DNA of 22,295 nucleotides from a virus (Duplodnaviria; Heunggongvirae; Uroviricota; Caudoviricetes): IMG/VR virus record IMGVR_UViG_2579779049_000014, positions 1 to 22,295 of that record; one strand, 5' to 3'. Shown piece by piece: positions 1 to 6,547 of this stretch (position 1 is its first letter; each line of letters starts with the position of its first letter). The notes under the pieces were generated by a model. It saw only the letters and a program-made list of their open reading frames with translations, ran no database searches and was not told where the DNA came from. The position numbers and the translations under genes were made by a program.

Positions 1-258
1 CGTCAGATAAAAAACGTTTGACTGGTTAAGCTCTCCTTTTCTTCTGAATTCCCTTTTCAAAAGCCCCATCTCTTCCAGTGCCCTAATGTGACTTTTTACT
101 GTCGATCTGCTCACCTCACACTGGTCAGCGACATGTTGATATGAAGGCCAGCATTCGCCATTATCATTGGCGTTATCGGCAAGTTTAATCAGAACCAGTT
201 TTCTCAGTGGGTTGCCAACCTTTATATTCATGGCCTTAGCCATAAGATTCATGCTCAT
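1..258 (-). CDS. Replication initiation protein (O-like), N-terminal winged-HTH part; partial, runs off the window start
   Basis: Minus-strand frame open from the ATG at 256-258 to the window edge, so absent from the ORF track. Translation MSMNLMAKAMNIKVGNPLRKLVLIKLADNANDNGECWPSYQHVADQCEVSRSTVKSHIRALEEMGLLKRE has the wHTH pattern typical of phage replication initiators. Sits directly downstream of cII as O does in lambda. GGAG lies 9 nt before the ATG. Confidence 0.55.
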   Translation of the reverse strand, partial: MSMNLMAKAMNIKVGNPLRKLVLIKLADNANDNGECWPSYQHVADQCEVSRSTVKSHIRALEEMGLLKREFRRKGELNQSNVFYLT

Positions 259-420
259 TTTGACTTCTCCGAAGTTTTGTACCTGTTAAGTATTTCTCTC
301 AGTGGCACAGCTATTGCTGGATTAACCCCCTGATAAAACTGGTCACGTAGCACATCTTTTCGGTGATTAACGCGTTTATTTTCCTGCGTTTTTCGCATAT
401 AATTACCTCGTTGGATGTTG

Positions 421-717
421 TTAAAATTCCATTTGTATTTGATCAGAACGCTCGGTTGCCGCCGGGCGTTTTTTATTGGTGAGTCCATCAAGCGCATACT
501 TAAAAGCCCTGCTAATCGGACTGATGTCTGATGCCATTCCGAAAGCACACAAGACCGAAGCAATAAATCTCCAGTCCGTTCTGCTTATCTTCGATTCATG
601 ACAGCCAATCATCTTTGCCAGACCGCGCTGGGTAAGCGTTGACAGGTTGATGAGTAAATCTGTTTCTGCGCGATCAACGTCACGCTGGGATAGTTTGCTG
701 TAACTTGTTTGTTCCAT
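421..717 (-). CDS. cII: CII transcriptional activator (lysogeny establishment)
   Basis: The C-terminal ...LTNKKRPAATERSDQIQMEF is nearly identical to the lambda CII C-terminus as I recall it (one E to D change); the N-terminal DNA-binding part is diverged. Position between cro and the replication gene fits. Confidence 0.85.
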   Translation of the reverse strand: MEQTSYSKLSQRDVDRAETDLLINLSTLTQRGLAKMIGCHESKISRTDWRFIASVLCAFGMASDISPISRAFKYALDGLTNKKRPAATERSDQIQMEF

Positions 718-750
718 TTCTTACTATTTCCATAGGTAAATAATCACTAA

Positions 751-768
751 TACTCATCTTTCGATGAG
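751..768 (-). terminator. tR1-like hairpin between nutR and cII
   Basis: 7-bp stem ACTCATC/GATGAGT with a 4-nt loop, followed on the minus strand by an A/T-rich tract; position matches lambda tR1. Confidence 0.35.
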
Positions 769-781
769 TGATTAATTAGTT

Positions 782-816
782 ACCGCGTTGTCGGCGGTGC
801 AGATTGATAAAGAGCG
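782..816 (-). promoter_or_regulatory. nutR antitermination site (boxA plus boxB hairpin)
   Basis: Minus strand reads CGCTCTTTA (exact boxA consensus, plus 808-816) immediately after the cro stop, then a hairpin ACCGC-CGACAAC-GCGGT (plus 782-798) with a GACAA-type 7-nt loop. Confidence 0.55.
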
Positions 817-823
817 GTGTTAC

Positions 824-1048
824 TTATGCTGCCTGATTCGGTTTTGGAAACAGGTGTGGTAAATCTGGGCGGATTTCGTAAGCCTTGATCTGCCCTCCAG
901 TGGCGTTAACAATGGCGGTAACTTTCTCTGGAGAGACCAACCCGCCTTTCAGCCATTTATGTACTGCTGGCTGCGTTACACCACACTTGTCGGCAAGGCG
1001 CTTTTGGCTACCGACAATTTTCAAGGCTCGTTGAATTACTAAATTCAT
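824..1048 (-). CDS. cro: Cro-like HTH repressor
   Basis: Small HTH protein (…GSQKRLADKCGVTQPAVHKWLKGG…) transcribed divergently from cI across the operator. Preferred start is the ATG at 1048, which has AAGAGG 7 nt upstream; the longer track ORF starts at 1069 without a Shine-Dalgarno. Confidence 0.75.
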   Translation of the reverse strand: MNLVIQRALKIVGSQKRLADKCGVTQPAVHKWLKGGLVSPEKVTAIVNATGGQIKAYEIRPDLPHLFPKPNQAA

Positions 1049-1084
1049 GAGCATACCTCTTGTGGACATTACTTATAACCAAAG

Positions 1085-1147
1085 ATAACTCAAGTTATAA
1101 AAAATAGCAATAACCTTTGTTATTTTACTTTGGATAACCGTAGTTAT
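1085..1147. promoter_or_regulatory. OR tripartite operator with overlapping pR/pRM
   Basis: Three 14-bp palindromes of the form ATAAC-N4-GTTAT at 1085-1098, 1110-1123 and 1134-1147, with centre spacing of 25 and 24 bp, between the divergent cro and cI genes. Confidence 0.7.
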
Positions 1148-1159
1148 AGATTTGTGGGT

Positions 1160-1867
1160 ATGAAAACATTCGCAGAAAGACTAAATGCAGCCATGAGCTC
1201 AGCAGGGGTGTCACAATCACAGCTTGCTGACATGGTTGGAATATCTCAGCCAGCCATACAGAAGATGTCATCCGGTAAAACAAACGGATCTCGCAAGATG
1301 GTTGAATTAGCCAATGCTTTAAAAGTACGCCCTGAATGGCTTAGCTCAGGTATTGGTGAAATGAGGGATGGTGCACATGAAGAGCCATCGAATGTGCGTG
1401 AGTCATCTTTAAAAGCGGTGGTATGGGAAGACATAAAAAGAAACGATGACGAGTTTGTCGCATTGCCTCTTCTTAATGTTTCTCTTTCCGCCGGGAGTGG
1501 TAGCTGTGAGTTAGAGGAATCATCTGAGTTCTCTTTGGTTTTCAGAAAGTACTATCTGAAAAAGATGGGGGTATCTGAAAGCTCTGCCAAGCTGGTTAGG
1601 GTGATAGGCCAAAGCATGGAGCCAACCCTTCACGATGGTGATGTTGTTGGAGTCAACACGCAAGACACCACCATCAGAGATGGTAAAACCTACGCTATTT
1701 GTCAATCTGATTTACTAAGAGTAAAGACATTAATAGCCACACCTACATCCGTGATAATCAGATCAATAAATCGCGAAGAGTACCCTGATGAAGTAATGGA
1801 TAGAGATGAGTTTCATGAAACAGTAAGGATTATTGGCAGAGTATTCTGGTCATCACATAGCTGGTAA
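1160..1867 (+). CDS. cI: CI repressor (N-terminal HTH, C-terminal LexA-like S24 autopeptidase)
   Basis: HTH segment SQSQLADMVGISQPAIQKM and S24 motif VIGQSMEPTLHDGDVV with a downstream Lys. The track ORF begins with TTG at 1130 inside OR3; the ATG at 1160 (MKTFAERL) is the more likely start, with TATAGA at 1145-1150 suggesting a leaderless mRNA. Confidence 0.85.
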   Translation: MKTFAERLNAAMSSAGVSQSQLADMVGISQPAIQKMSSGKTNGSRKMVELANALKVRPEWLSSGIGEMRDGAHEEPSNVRESSLKAVVWEDIKRNDDEFVALPLLNVSLSAGSGSCELEESSEFSLVFRKYYLKKMGVSESSAKLVRVIGQSMEPTLHDGDVVGVNTQDTTIRDGKTYAICQSDLLRVKTLIATPTSVIIRSINREEYPDEVMDRDEFHETVRIIGRVFWSSHSW

Positions 1868-1904
1868 CCAGTGGCCTGAAGAAACGTTTGGGTGAGGAGG
1901 ATAG

Positions 1905-2246
1905 ATGGCGTTCACTGACCTTGAATATCAAGCGGTCAAAAAAGAAGTTCACCAATTCATTGAAAGCATAAGGCCGCCTGAACATATCCGCAATGAACTG
2001 GATATTGTTTATAGCATCAATGACCAAACGATAGATATCGGCGAACAGCGCCCCGTGTGGCAGGGCAACCCAGGTGAAACAAACATCCTGCCATCAGCAA
2101 GAATCAAGTACATACGTTCTCTGGATAGATGGAAAATCTATTGGATGCGGAAGGATATGAAATGGCATCAGTACAGTACTGAACTTTCGCTGACTGATGC
2201 GCTTGAGCTTGTGCGTGCTGACCCGGATTGCTGCTTCTTCGGATGA
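1905..2246 (+). CDS. Hypothetical protein co-transcribed with cI (rexA position)
   Basis: 113-aa ORF starting 38 nt after the cI stop with a GAGGAGG Shine-Dalgarno 6 nt upstream; no family recognised with confidence. Confidence 0.6.
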   Translation: MAFTDLEYQAVKKEVHQFIESIRPPEHIRNELDIVYSINDQTIDIGEQRPVWQGNPGETNILPSARIKYIRSLDRWKIYWMRKDMKWHQYSTELSLTDALELVRADPDCCFFG

Positions 2247-2408
2247 GTGAAGAGACATTTGGGTGATGGATGGTCGCAGAAGTGCGGCTTTTAATGTAAT
2301 CGAAGAAAAGTAATCCTTGTAAAACTTGATTTGACTGTATTGTCACAAAGAAAGGAATCAACGATCGTTTCTTGGGTCTTGATTTGTTTTGACGATCAAA
2401 TTAGTATT

Positions 2409-2435
2409 GCCTCATCAACTGTATGAGGCTTTTTT
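2409..2435 (+). terminator. Intrinsic terminator-like hairpin abutting the next start codon
   Basis: GCCTCAT-CAACTGT-ATGAGGC stem-loop followed by TTTTTT, ending one base before the ATG at 2436. Confidence 0.5.
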
Positions 2436-2969
2436 ATGCAAACCAAAAGCTACACCATCAAAGCATTTCAGGACTTCTTACAGATGCTTCCTGAGCTTGG
2501 TATCGTCAATGATGCTACAGCCCGCAATCTCCGTGACTCTTCCCTGCGCCTTCTTACTGTTCTTGGGTCGGATTTCACCGATGCCGATATCCGTGATTAT
2601 AGCGTTGCCAACTTAGCAAGTTCGTACGCAGACTCAGCAGAAAGCAAACCCTCTGAATCATCTTTGCAGGCATACAAAAGCCGGATGCAAAGTGCTATTG
2701 ATAAATTTATCTCCTACCAGAATGGTGAGATTAATGTGTCAGTTGGTGATGTAAATAAAAAAAAGGAGCGTAAAAAGATGGCACCTAAGAAGAAGGCGGT
2801 AGCTGACGTACAGGTTGGTGTAAAAACATTTGAACTGCCGATTCCATTGCGCGGAGATCTTATCGTCACCATTGGCAACCTGCCTCGCGACCTGACAAAA
2901 GATGAAGCCAAGCGTATCAGTCTGATTGTGGAATCTTTTGCGATGATTGATGGCGGAACAAAAGAATAA
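2436..2969 (+). CDS. Hypothetical protein with a central lysine-rich linker (rexB position)
   Basis: 177-aa ORF; N-terminal domain, basic tract KKKERKKMAPKKKA, C-terminal domain; a strong terminator follows. Its only Shine-Dalgarno (GAGG) lies inside the upstream hairpin. Confidence 0.55.
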   Translation: MQTKSYTIKAFQDFLQMLPELGIVNDATARNLRDSSLRLLTVLGSDFTDADIRDYSVANLASSYADSAESKPSESSLQAYKSRMQSAIDKFISYQNGEINVSVGDVNKKKERKKMAPKKKAVADVQVGVKTFELPIPLRGDLIVTIGNLPRDLTKDEAKRISLIVESFAMIDGGTKE

Positions 2970-2970
2970 A

Positions 2971-2993
2971 GCCCCGAGGGAACGGGGCTTTTT
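2971..2993 (+). terminator. Rho-independent terminator
   Basis: GCCCCG-AGGGAA-CGGGGC followed by TTTTT, immediately after the stop at 2969. Confidence 0.8.
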
Positions 2994-3142
2994 GGGTCGG
3001 AAATATATCCAGTATTTCCGAAGTGTATGGAGGATTACCTACCGCTACACCCTTGGCAACCGCAAGCCAAGGATAGCGGTTCTCCCAACAAACTACAACC
3101 TGTTCGGGTAAACAGGCTGTATACAAAAACAGGAGAAAAGCT

Positions 3143-3277
3143 ATGGCTCACGATGTTAATCGCGATGACTTCATCTACGAACACGACAAGCCGGTTTATG
3201 TGCGCAGTTACTGCCGCATACGTTTCGGTGAGCTCGAACATGTTCGTCAGCACTTCCGCTCTTATCCGAGCTGCTGA
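3143..3277 (+). CDS. Small basic protein (44 aa), hypothetical
   Basis: ATG at 3143 with AGGAGAA 5 nt upstream; MAHDVNRDDFIYEHDKPVYVRSYCRIRFGELEHVRQHFRSYPSC; followed by a terminator. Below the track's size cutoff. Confidence 0.35.
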   Translation: MAHDVNRDDFIYEHDKPVYVRSYCRIRFGELEHVRQHFRSYPSC

Positions 3278-3293
3278 AAATAACTAAATCTCA

Positions 3294-3320
3294 AACCCGG
3301 CCACCGAGCCGGGTTTTCTT
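3294..3320 (+). terminator. Rho-independent terminator
   Basis: CCCGGC-CACCGA-GCCGGG followed by TTTTCTT. Confidence 0.65.
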
Positions 3321-3439
3321 TGCCTTACGATCCCCCCACCTAAAAAACATAACCAATTGTATTTATTGATGTAACTCGCTAAACCATGCAGTTATGATCC
3401 CTGCCCCATCACCTTCATCCTCAACATTTACAAAAATAA

Positions 3440-3525
3440 AATACCTTTGTTATCCATTATTTATAACTTATTTACCATGAATTATAAATTAAGTTATTGA
3501 CCACACCTATAACCTGGGTTATCTT
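3440..3525. promoter_or_regulatory. OL operator cluster with pL
   Basis: ATAAC-CTGG-GTTAT at 3509-3522 (perfect), ATAAA-TTAA-GTTAT at 3484-3497 (25 bp apart), and a further site AATAC-CTTT-GTTAT at 3440-3453 resembling OR2. Candidate pL: -35 TTGACC 3497-3502, 17-bp spacer, -10 TATCTT 3520-3525, reading towards N. Confidence 0.6.
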
Positions 3526-3570
3526 TAAGCCATCAGCAGGACGCTGGTAGCCAAACGGAACAGATTGGCA

Positions 3571-3605
3571 GGCTCTTTAACTTCGATGTGGCGCTGACAA
3601 AGCGC
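3571..3605 (+). promoter_or_regulatory. nutL (boxA GGCTCTTTAA plus boxB hairpin GCGCTGACAAAGCGC)
   Basis: boxA-like 3571-3580; boxB 3591-3605 is, as I recall it, identical to the phage P22 boxB RNA; lies between pL and the N start. Confidence 0.7.
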
Positions 3606-3724
3606 AAACAGATACCAAACGAGATGGGTTTGGCGGTGATGTGAATTGCAGCAGCAACGACAGCAACCAGAAGATCAGCATCTGGCGCATCACCACCAAA
3701 GCCATTTCACATGAGGAAAATATC

Positions 3725-4066
3725 ATGACGGTAATCGTGTACGGGAAATCAACATTCGCAGGAAATGCCAAAACTCGCCGTCATGAGCGGCGCAGAAAGC
3801 TGGCTATCGAGCGTGATTCCATCTGCAACATCATCGATTCGATCTTCGGCACAGACAGTGAGGAAGCTGTTCAGGAAGCCCCGAGAAAGCGTTTAAGCCT
3901 TTCTGAAAAAGCAATATCACTCGGAAGCCTTCGCTGCAAGAAGTCAAAGTCAGAAGAGGTCGAGCGTAAACAGAACCGTATTTACTACCGCAAGCCACGC
4001 AGTGAAATGGGTGTGACTTGTGTTGGTCGCCAGAAAATGAAATTAGGCAGCAAACCACTTATTTGA
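3725..4066 (+). CDS. N: Antitermination protein N (P22 gene 24 type)
   Basis: The ATG at 3725 (GAGGAAAA upstream) gives MTVIVYGKSTFAGNAKTRRHERRRKLAIER…, the arginine-rich RNA-binding motif of P22 N as I recall it; the track ORF from 3641 is an upstream in-frame extension. Confidence 0.8.
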   Translation: MTVIVYGKSTFAGNAKTRRHERRRKLAIERDSICNIIDSIFGTDSEEAVQEAPRKRLSLSEKAISLGSLRCKKSKSEEVERKQNRIYYRKPRSEMGVTCVGRQKMKLGSKPLI

Positions 4067-4077
4067 GAGGAATTAAT

Positions 4078-4701
4078 ATGTCATCAATCCGCTTAACTAC
4101 GAGAATGAAAGAGGAAATCGCTCGTAACGCTTTAATTAAGTCCGGGGTGTTCACTGAACTTGAAGAAGTAACAAAGTTAAAGAACCAGCTTGCACTTGAC
4201 GCCAGAGTTATTGCGTTTGGCGGTAAAAAGAAAACTGAGGAAGTGGATCAGTTATCATCCAAGTTGGTAGCTATAAGTGAAGAACTTGGAAAGATGGGAT
4301 GTTCATTTTACTCATACGATGTTAGTTCTACTTCAATTTATCTGACTGTATCTGGCAGAAGGGTTGGATGGCATTCATATGGGAAAGACGGCAACGGCAA
4401 AGATATATTGCTCCCCACCCCAGAAAAAGATAAATGCATGTTTGACGCAGAACACGAAATAACAAAAAGGTTTGATGAAATCTGCGCATTGCAACAAAAA
4501 CTTGAAGCCAAGAAAAAGGATATCGAATCAAATGTATGGGCTGCTTTGAACTCAGTCACAACAGTTAAGCGACTTATTGAAGTTTGGCCTAAAAGCAAAG
4601 AATTGCTACCAAAAGAAGCAGATAAAGCAAGTACAGCACTTCCTGCTTTACGGGTAGAAGATTTGAATAAGATGATTGGACTTCCTTCCGAGGCCGCATA
4701 G
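4078..4701 (+). CDS. Hypothetical accessory protein of the early-left operon (ral/sieB region)
   Basis: 207 aa from the ATG at 4078 (GAGAGGAA upstream); predicted coiled-coil segments; no family recognised. Confidence 0.55.
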   Translation: MSSIRLTTRMKEEIARNALIKSGVFTELEEVTKLKNQLALDARVIAFGGKKKTEEVDQLSSKLVAISEELGKMGCSFYSYDVSSTSIYLTVSGRRVGWHSYGKDGNGKDILLPTPEKDKCMFDAEHEITKRFDEICALQQKLEAKKKDIESNVWAALNSVTTVKRLIEVWPKSKELLPKEADKASTALPALRVEDLNKMIGLPSEAA

Positions 4702-4716
4702 TCGGCCTTTATTTTT
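4691..4716 (+). terminator. Rho-independent terminator overlapping the stop codon
   Basis: AGGCCG-CATAGT-CGGCCT followed by TTATTTTT. Confidence 0.6.
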
Positions 4717-4764
4717 GGCATAAACAAGAGAATAAACACTGCACTGAATTATTTGAGGTGAGAT

Positions 4765-5235
4765 ATGACAAAATCATGGAGCGTACCTTTTCCTGAATCA
4801 GAAACTGAACATGATGGAATGCCTGTTTTCTGGAGATTCCAGGCGACAGTTGAAGAAGATGGAATCAAAATATTCGCACTTCAATATATAGCTTTTCATC
4901 AGACAGAGCATTATGCATGGTTGGTTCCTGCGCATTGGATTGTTAATTTTAAACCAGCACCAAATCAGTGGTTACAGGAATGGAAACAAAGGAGAAATAG
5001 ATATGCAATTAAGAAAGTAGCAAAAAATGCAGAAAGATCTTTTGCATTCCCAACGAAGAAACTTGCCATTGAAAGTTTATTGCGCCGGAAGAAATACCAT
5101 TTAATGAGAATCAAACAAGATTTGGCTGTTGTATCAACTCTTGTTGATGGGATGAAGAATATTGATACATCAATACCAGATATTGAATATAACTTTGGAC
5201 ACAACCAAGAAACAGAAAATTGGGTATTTTATTAG
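4765..5235 (+). CDS. Hypothetical accessory protein of the early-left operon
   Basis: 156-aa ORF with GAGGTGA 4 nt upstream; no family recognised. Confidence 0.55.
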   Translation: MTKSWSVPFPESETEHDGMPVFWRFQATVEEDGIKIFALQYIAFHQTEHYAWLVPAHWIVNFKPAPNQWLQEWKQRRNRYAIKKVAKNAERSFAFPTKKLAIESLLRRKKYHLMRIKQDLAVVSTLVDGMKNIDTSIPDIEYNFGHNQETENWVFY

Positions 5236-5339
5236 TACGAATAAGCACTGTGTATTCATTCCAGCGAGTGAATACACGGAGCAATGTCGCTCGTAACTAA
5301 ACAGGAGCCGACTTGTTCTGATTATTGGAAATCTTCTTT

Positions 5340-5364
5340 GCCCTCCAGTGTGAGGGCCTTTTTA
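5340..5364 (+). terminator. Rho-independent terminator (first of a tandem pair, tL-like)
   Basis: GCCCTC-CAGTGT-GAGGGC followed by CTTTTTAT. Confidence 0.7.
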
Positions 5365-5377
5365 TATGCATACCAAT

Positions 5378-5401
5378 AACGCTTCACTCGAGGCGTTTTT
5401 C
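5378..5401 (+). terminator. Rho-independent terminator (second of the pair)
   Basis: AACGCTTC-ACTC-GAGGCGTT followed by TTT. Confidence 0.55.
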
Positions 5402-5426
5402 GTTATGTATAAATAAGGAGCACACC

Positions 5427-5567
5427 ATGCAATATGCCATTGCAGGGTGGCCTGTTGCTGGCTGCCCTTCCGAATCTTTACTTGAGCGAATCACCCGTAA
5501 ATTACGTGACGGATGGAAACGCCTTATCGACATACTTAATCAGCCAGGAGTTCCAAAAAATGGATAA
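5427..5567 (+). CDS. cIII: CIII, inhibitor of FtsH that stabilises CII
   Basis: MQYAIAGWPVAGCPSESLLERITRKLRDGWKRLIDILNQPGVPKNG matches lambda CIII across its length as I recall it, about 8 aa shorter at the C-terminus. AAGGAG lies 7 nt upstream. The track ORF from 5325 is an in-frame extension. Confidence 0.8.
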   Translation: MQYAIAGWPVAGCPSESLLERITRKLRDGWKRLIDILNQPGVPKNG

Positions 5568-5673
5568 AACACTTATGGCTATCCAGACTAAATTCACTAT
5601 CGCCACTTTTATTGGCGATGAAAAGATGTTTCGTGAAGCCGTAGAAGCCTACAGAAAATGGAGGTCAAAATGA
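5560..5673 (+). CDS. kil: Kil-like small protein (host cell-division inhibitor family, tentative)
   Basis: 37-aa MDKTLMAIQTKFTIATFIGDEKMFREAVEAYRKWRSK; AGGAG 9 nt upstream; overlaps the cIII stop, matching the lambda cIII-kil order. The identification is from recall and position only. Confidence 0.45.
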   Translation: MDKTLMAIQTKFTIATFIGDEKMFREAVEAYRKWRSK

Positions 5674-5858
5674 TTCCGGTAGAACTGGCGAAAACCCCAG
5701 AGTTAAGTCGATTAAAAAGAGAGTATCACATTGCTGAGGCTCGTTACTGGCGTAAAGCGGGAGATAAATCAAAGAAACAACTTTGCTTATGGCAGGCACA
5801 AAGAGAGCGCATGAATGAGCGCGAATTTCTTTCCTCCCCGTCCGAATTACCATTCTGA
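5670..5858 (+). CDS. Hypothetical small protein
   Basis: 62 aa from the ATG at 5670 (GGAGGT 3 nt upstream); basic; start overlaps the kil-like stop. Confidence 0.45.
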   Translation: MIPVELAKTPELSRLKREYHIAEARYWRKAGDKSKKQLCLWQAQRERMNEREFLSSPSELPF

Positions 5859-5866
5859 GGTGAATT

Positions 5867-6547
5867 ATGGGAACTGCGATATTAATACTCGGTGAGTCTG
5901 GCACCGGAAAATCAACCAGCATGAGAAATATCAATCCAGAGGAAGCAATACTTATAAAACCAATAGGCAAGCCGCTACCATTTAAATCAAAAAACTGGCT
6001 TGCATGGGATGCCAGAGCAAAAAAAGGAACCGTAGTTACCACTGACAAATGGGACGTAATAGTTGCTGTAATTAAGCGTGCTCACGAATACGGAAAAAGA
6101 ATCGTTATTGTTGATGACTTCCAGTATGTGATGAGCAATGAGTTTATGCGCCGCTCAGAAGAAAAATCGTTTGATAAATTTACTGAGATAGGCCGCCACG
6201 CATGGGAGGTCATTAAGGCTGCACAGGATGCGCCTGATGACCTGAGAGTCTATTTTCTTGCGCACACCGAAGAAACCCCTATGGGGCGCGTGAAAATGAA
6301 GACTATCGGCAAAATGCTGGACGAGAAAATCACTGTCGAAGGCATGTTTACTATAGTTCTTCGCACTCTTACCCGCGATGACCAGTTCTTTTTCACCACG
6401 AAAAACAACGGTGCAGACACTGTTAAATCCCCAATGGGAATGTTTGATTCCAATGAGATTGATAACGATCTCTCTTTCGTCGATGCCACTGTTTGTGATT
6501 ACTACGGCATCAATAATGTTCATCAAATTAAGGAAAACGCCGCATGA
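5867..6547 (+). CDS. Sak4-like (AAA_24-type) P-loop ATPase, putative recombination protein
   Basis: Walker A GESGTGKST near the N-terminus, Walker B-like IVIVDDFQ; about 226 aa; GAGGTGA upstream; followed by an SSB-like gene. Confidence 0.65.
   Translation: MGTAILILGESGTGKSTSMRNINPEEAILIKPIGKPLPFKSKNWLAWDARAKKGTVVTTDKWDVIVAVIKRAHEYGKRIVIVDDFQYVMSNEFMRRSEEKSFDKFTEIGRHAWEVIKAAQDAPDDLRVYFLAHTEETPMGRVKMKTIGKMLDEKITVEGMFTIVLRTLTRDDQFFFTTKNNGADTVKSPMGMFDSNEIDNDLSFVDATVCDYYGINNVHQIKENAA

Noticed and set aside
255-563. 102-aa minus-strand ORF
   Set aside because: It overlaps both the recognisable cII gene and the O-like gene start in a different frame; spurious.
1130-1159. TTG-initiated N-terminal extension of cI (track start 1130)
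   Set aside because: The extension would begin inside operator OR3 with a non-ATG codon; the ATG at 1160 is more plausible.
3027-3287. 86-aa plus-strand ORF and the overlapping 72-aa minus-strand ORF (3035..3253)
   Set aside because: Neither has a ribosome-binding site; the short frame at 3143..3277 with AGGAGAA and a terminator is the better candidate.
3641-3724. N-terminal extension of the N ORF
   Set aside because: It would cover the nutL-proximal leader; the conserved N-terminus MTVIVYGKSTFAGNAKTRRHERRRK starts at 3725.
5325-5426. N-terminal extension of cIII
   Set aside because: It overlaps the tandem terminators; the ATG at 5427 has AAGGAG upstream and matches lambda CIII.
5665-6526. 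Minus-strand ORFs opposite the Sak4-like gene (127 aa and 123 aa)
   Set aside because: Antisense to a gene with clear Walker motifs; no ribosome-binding sites.
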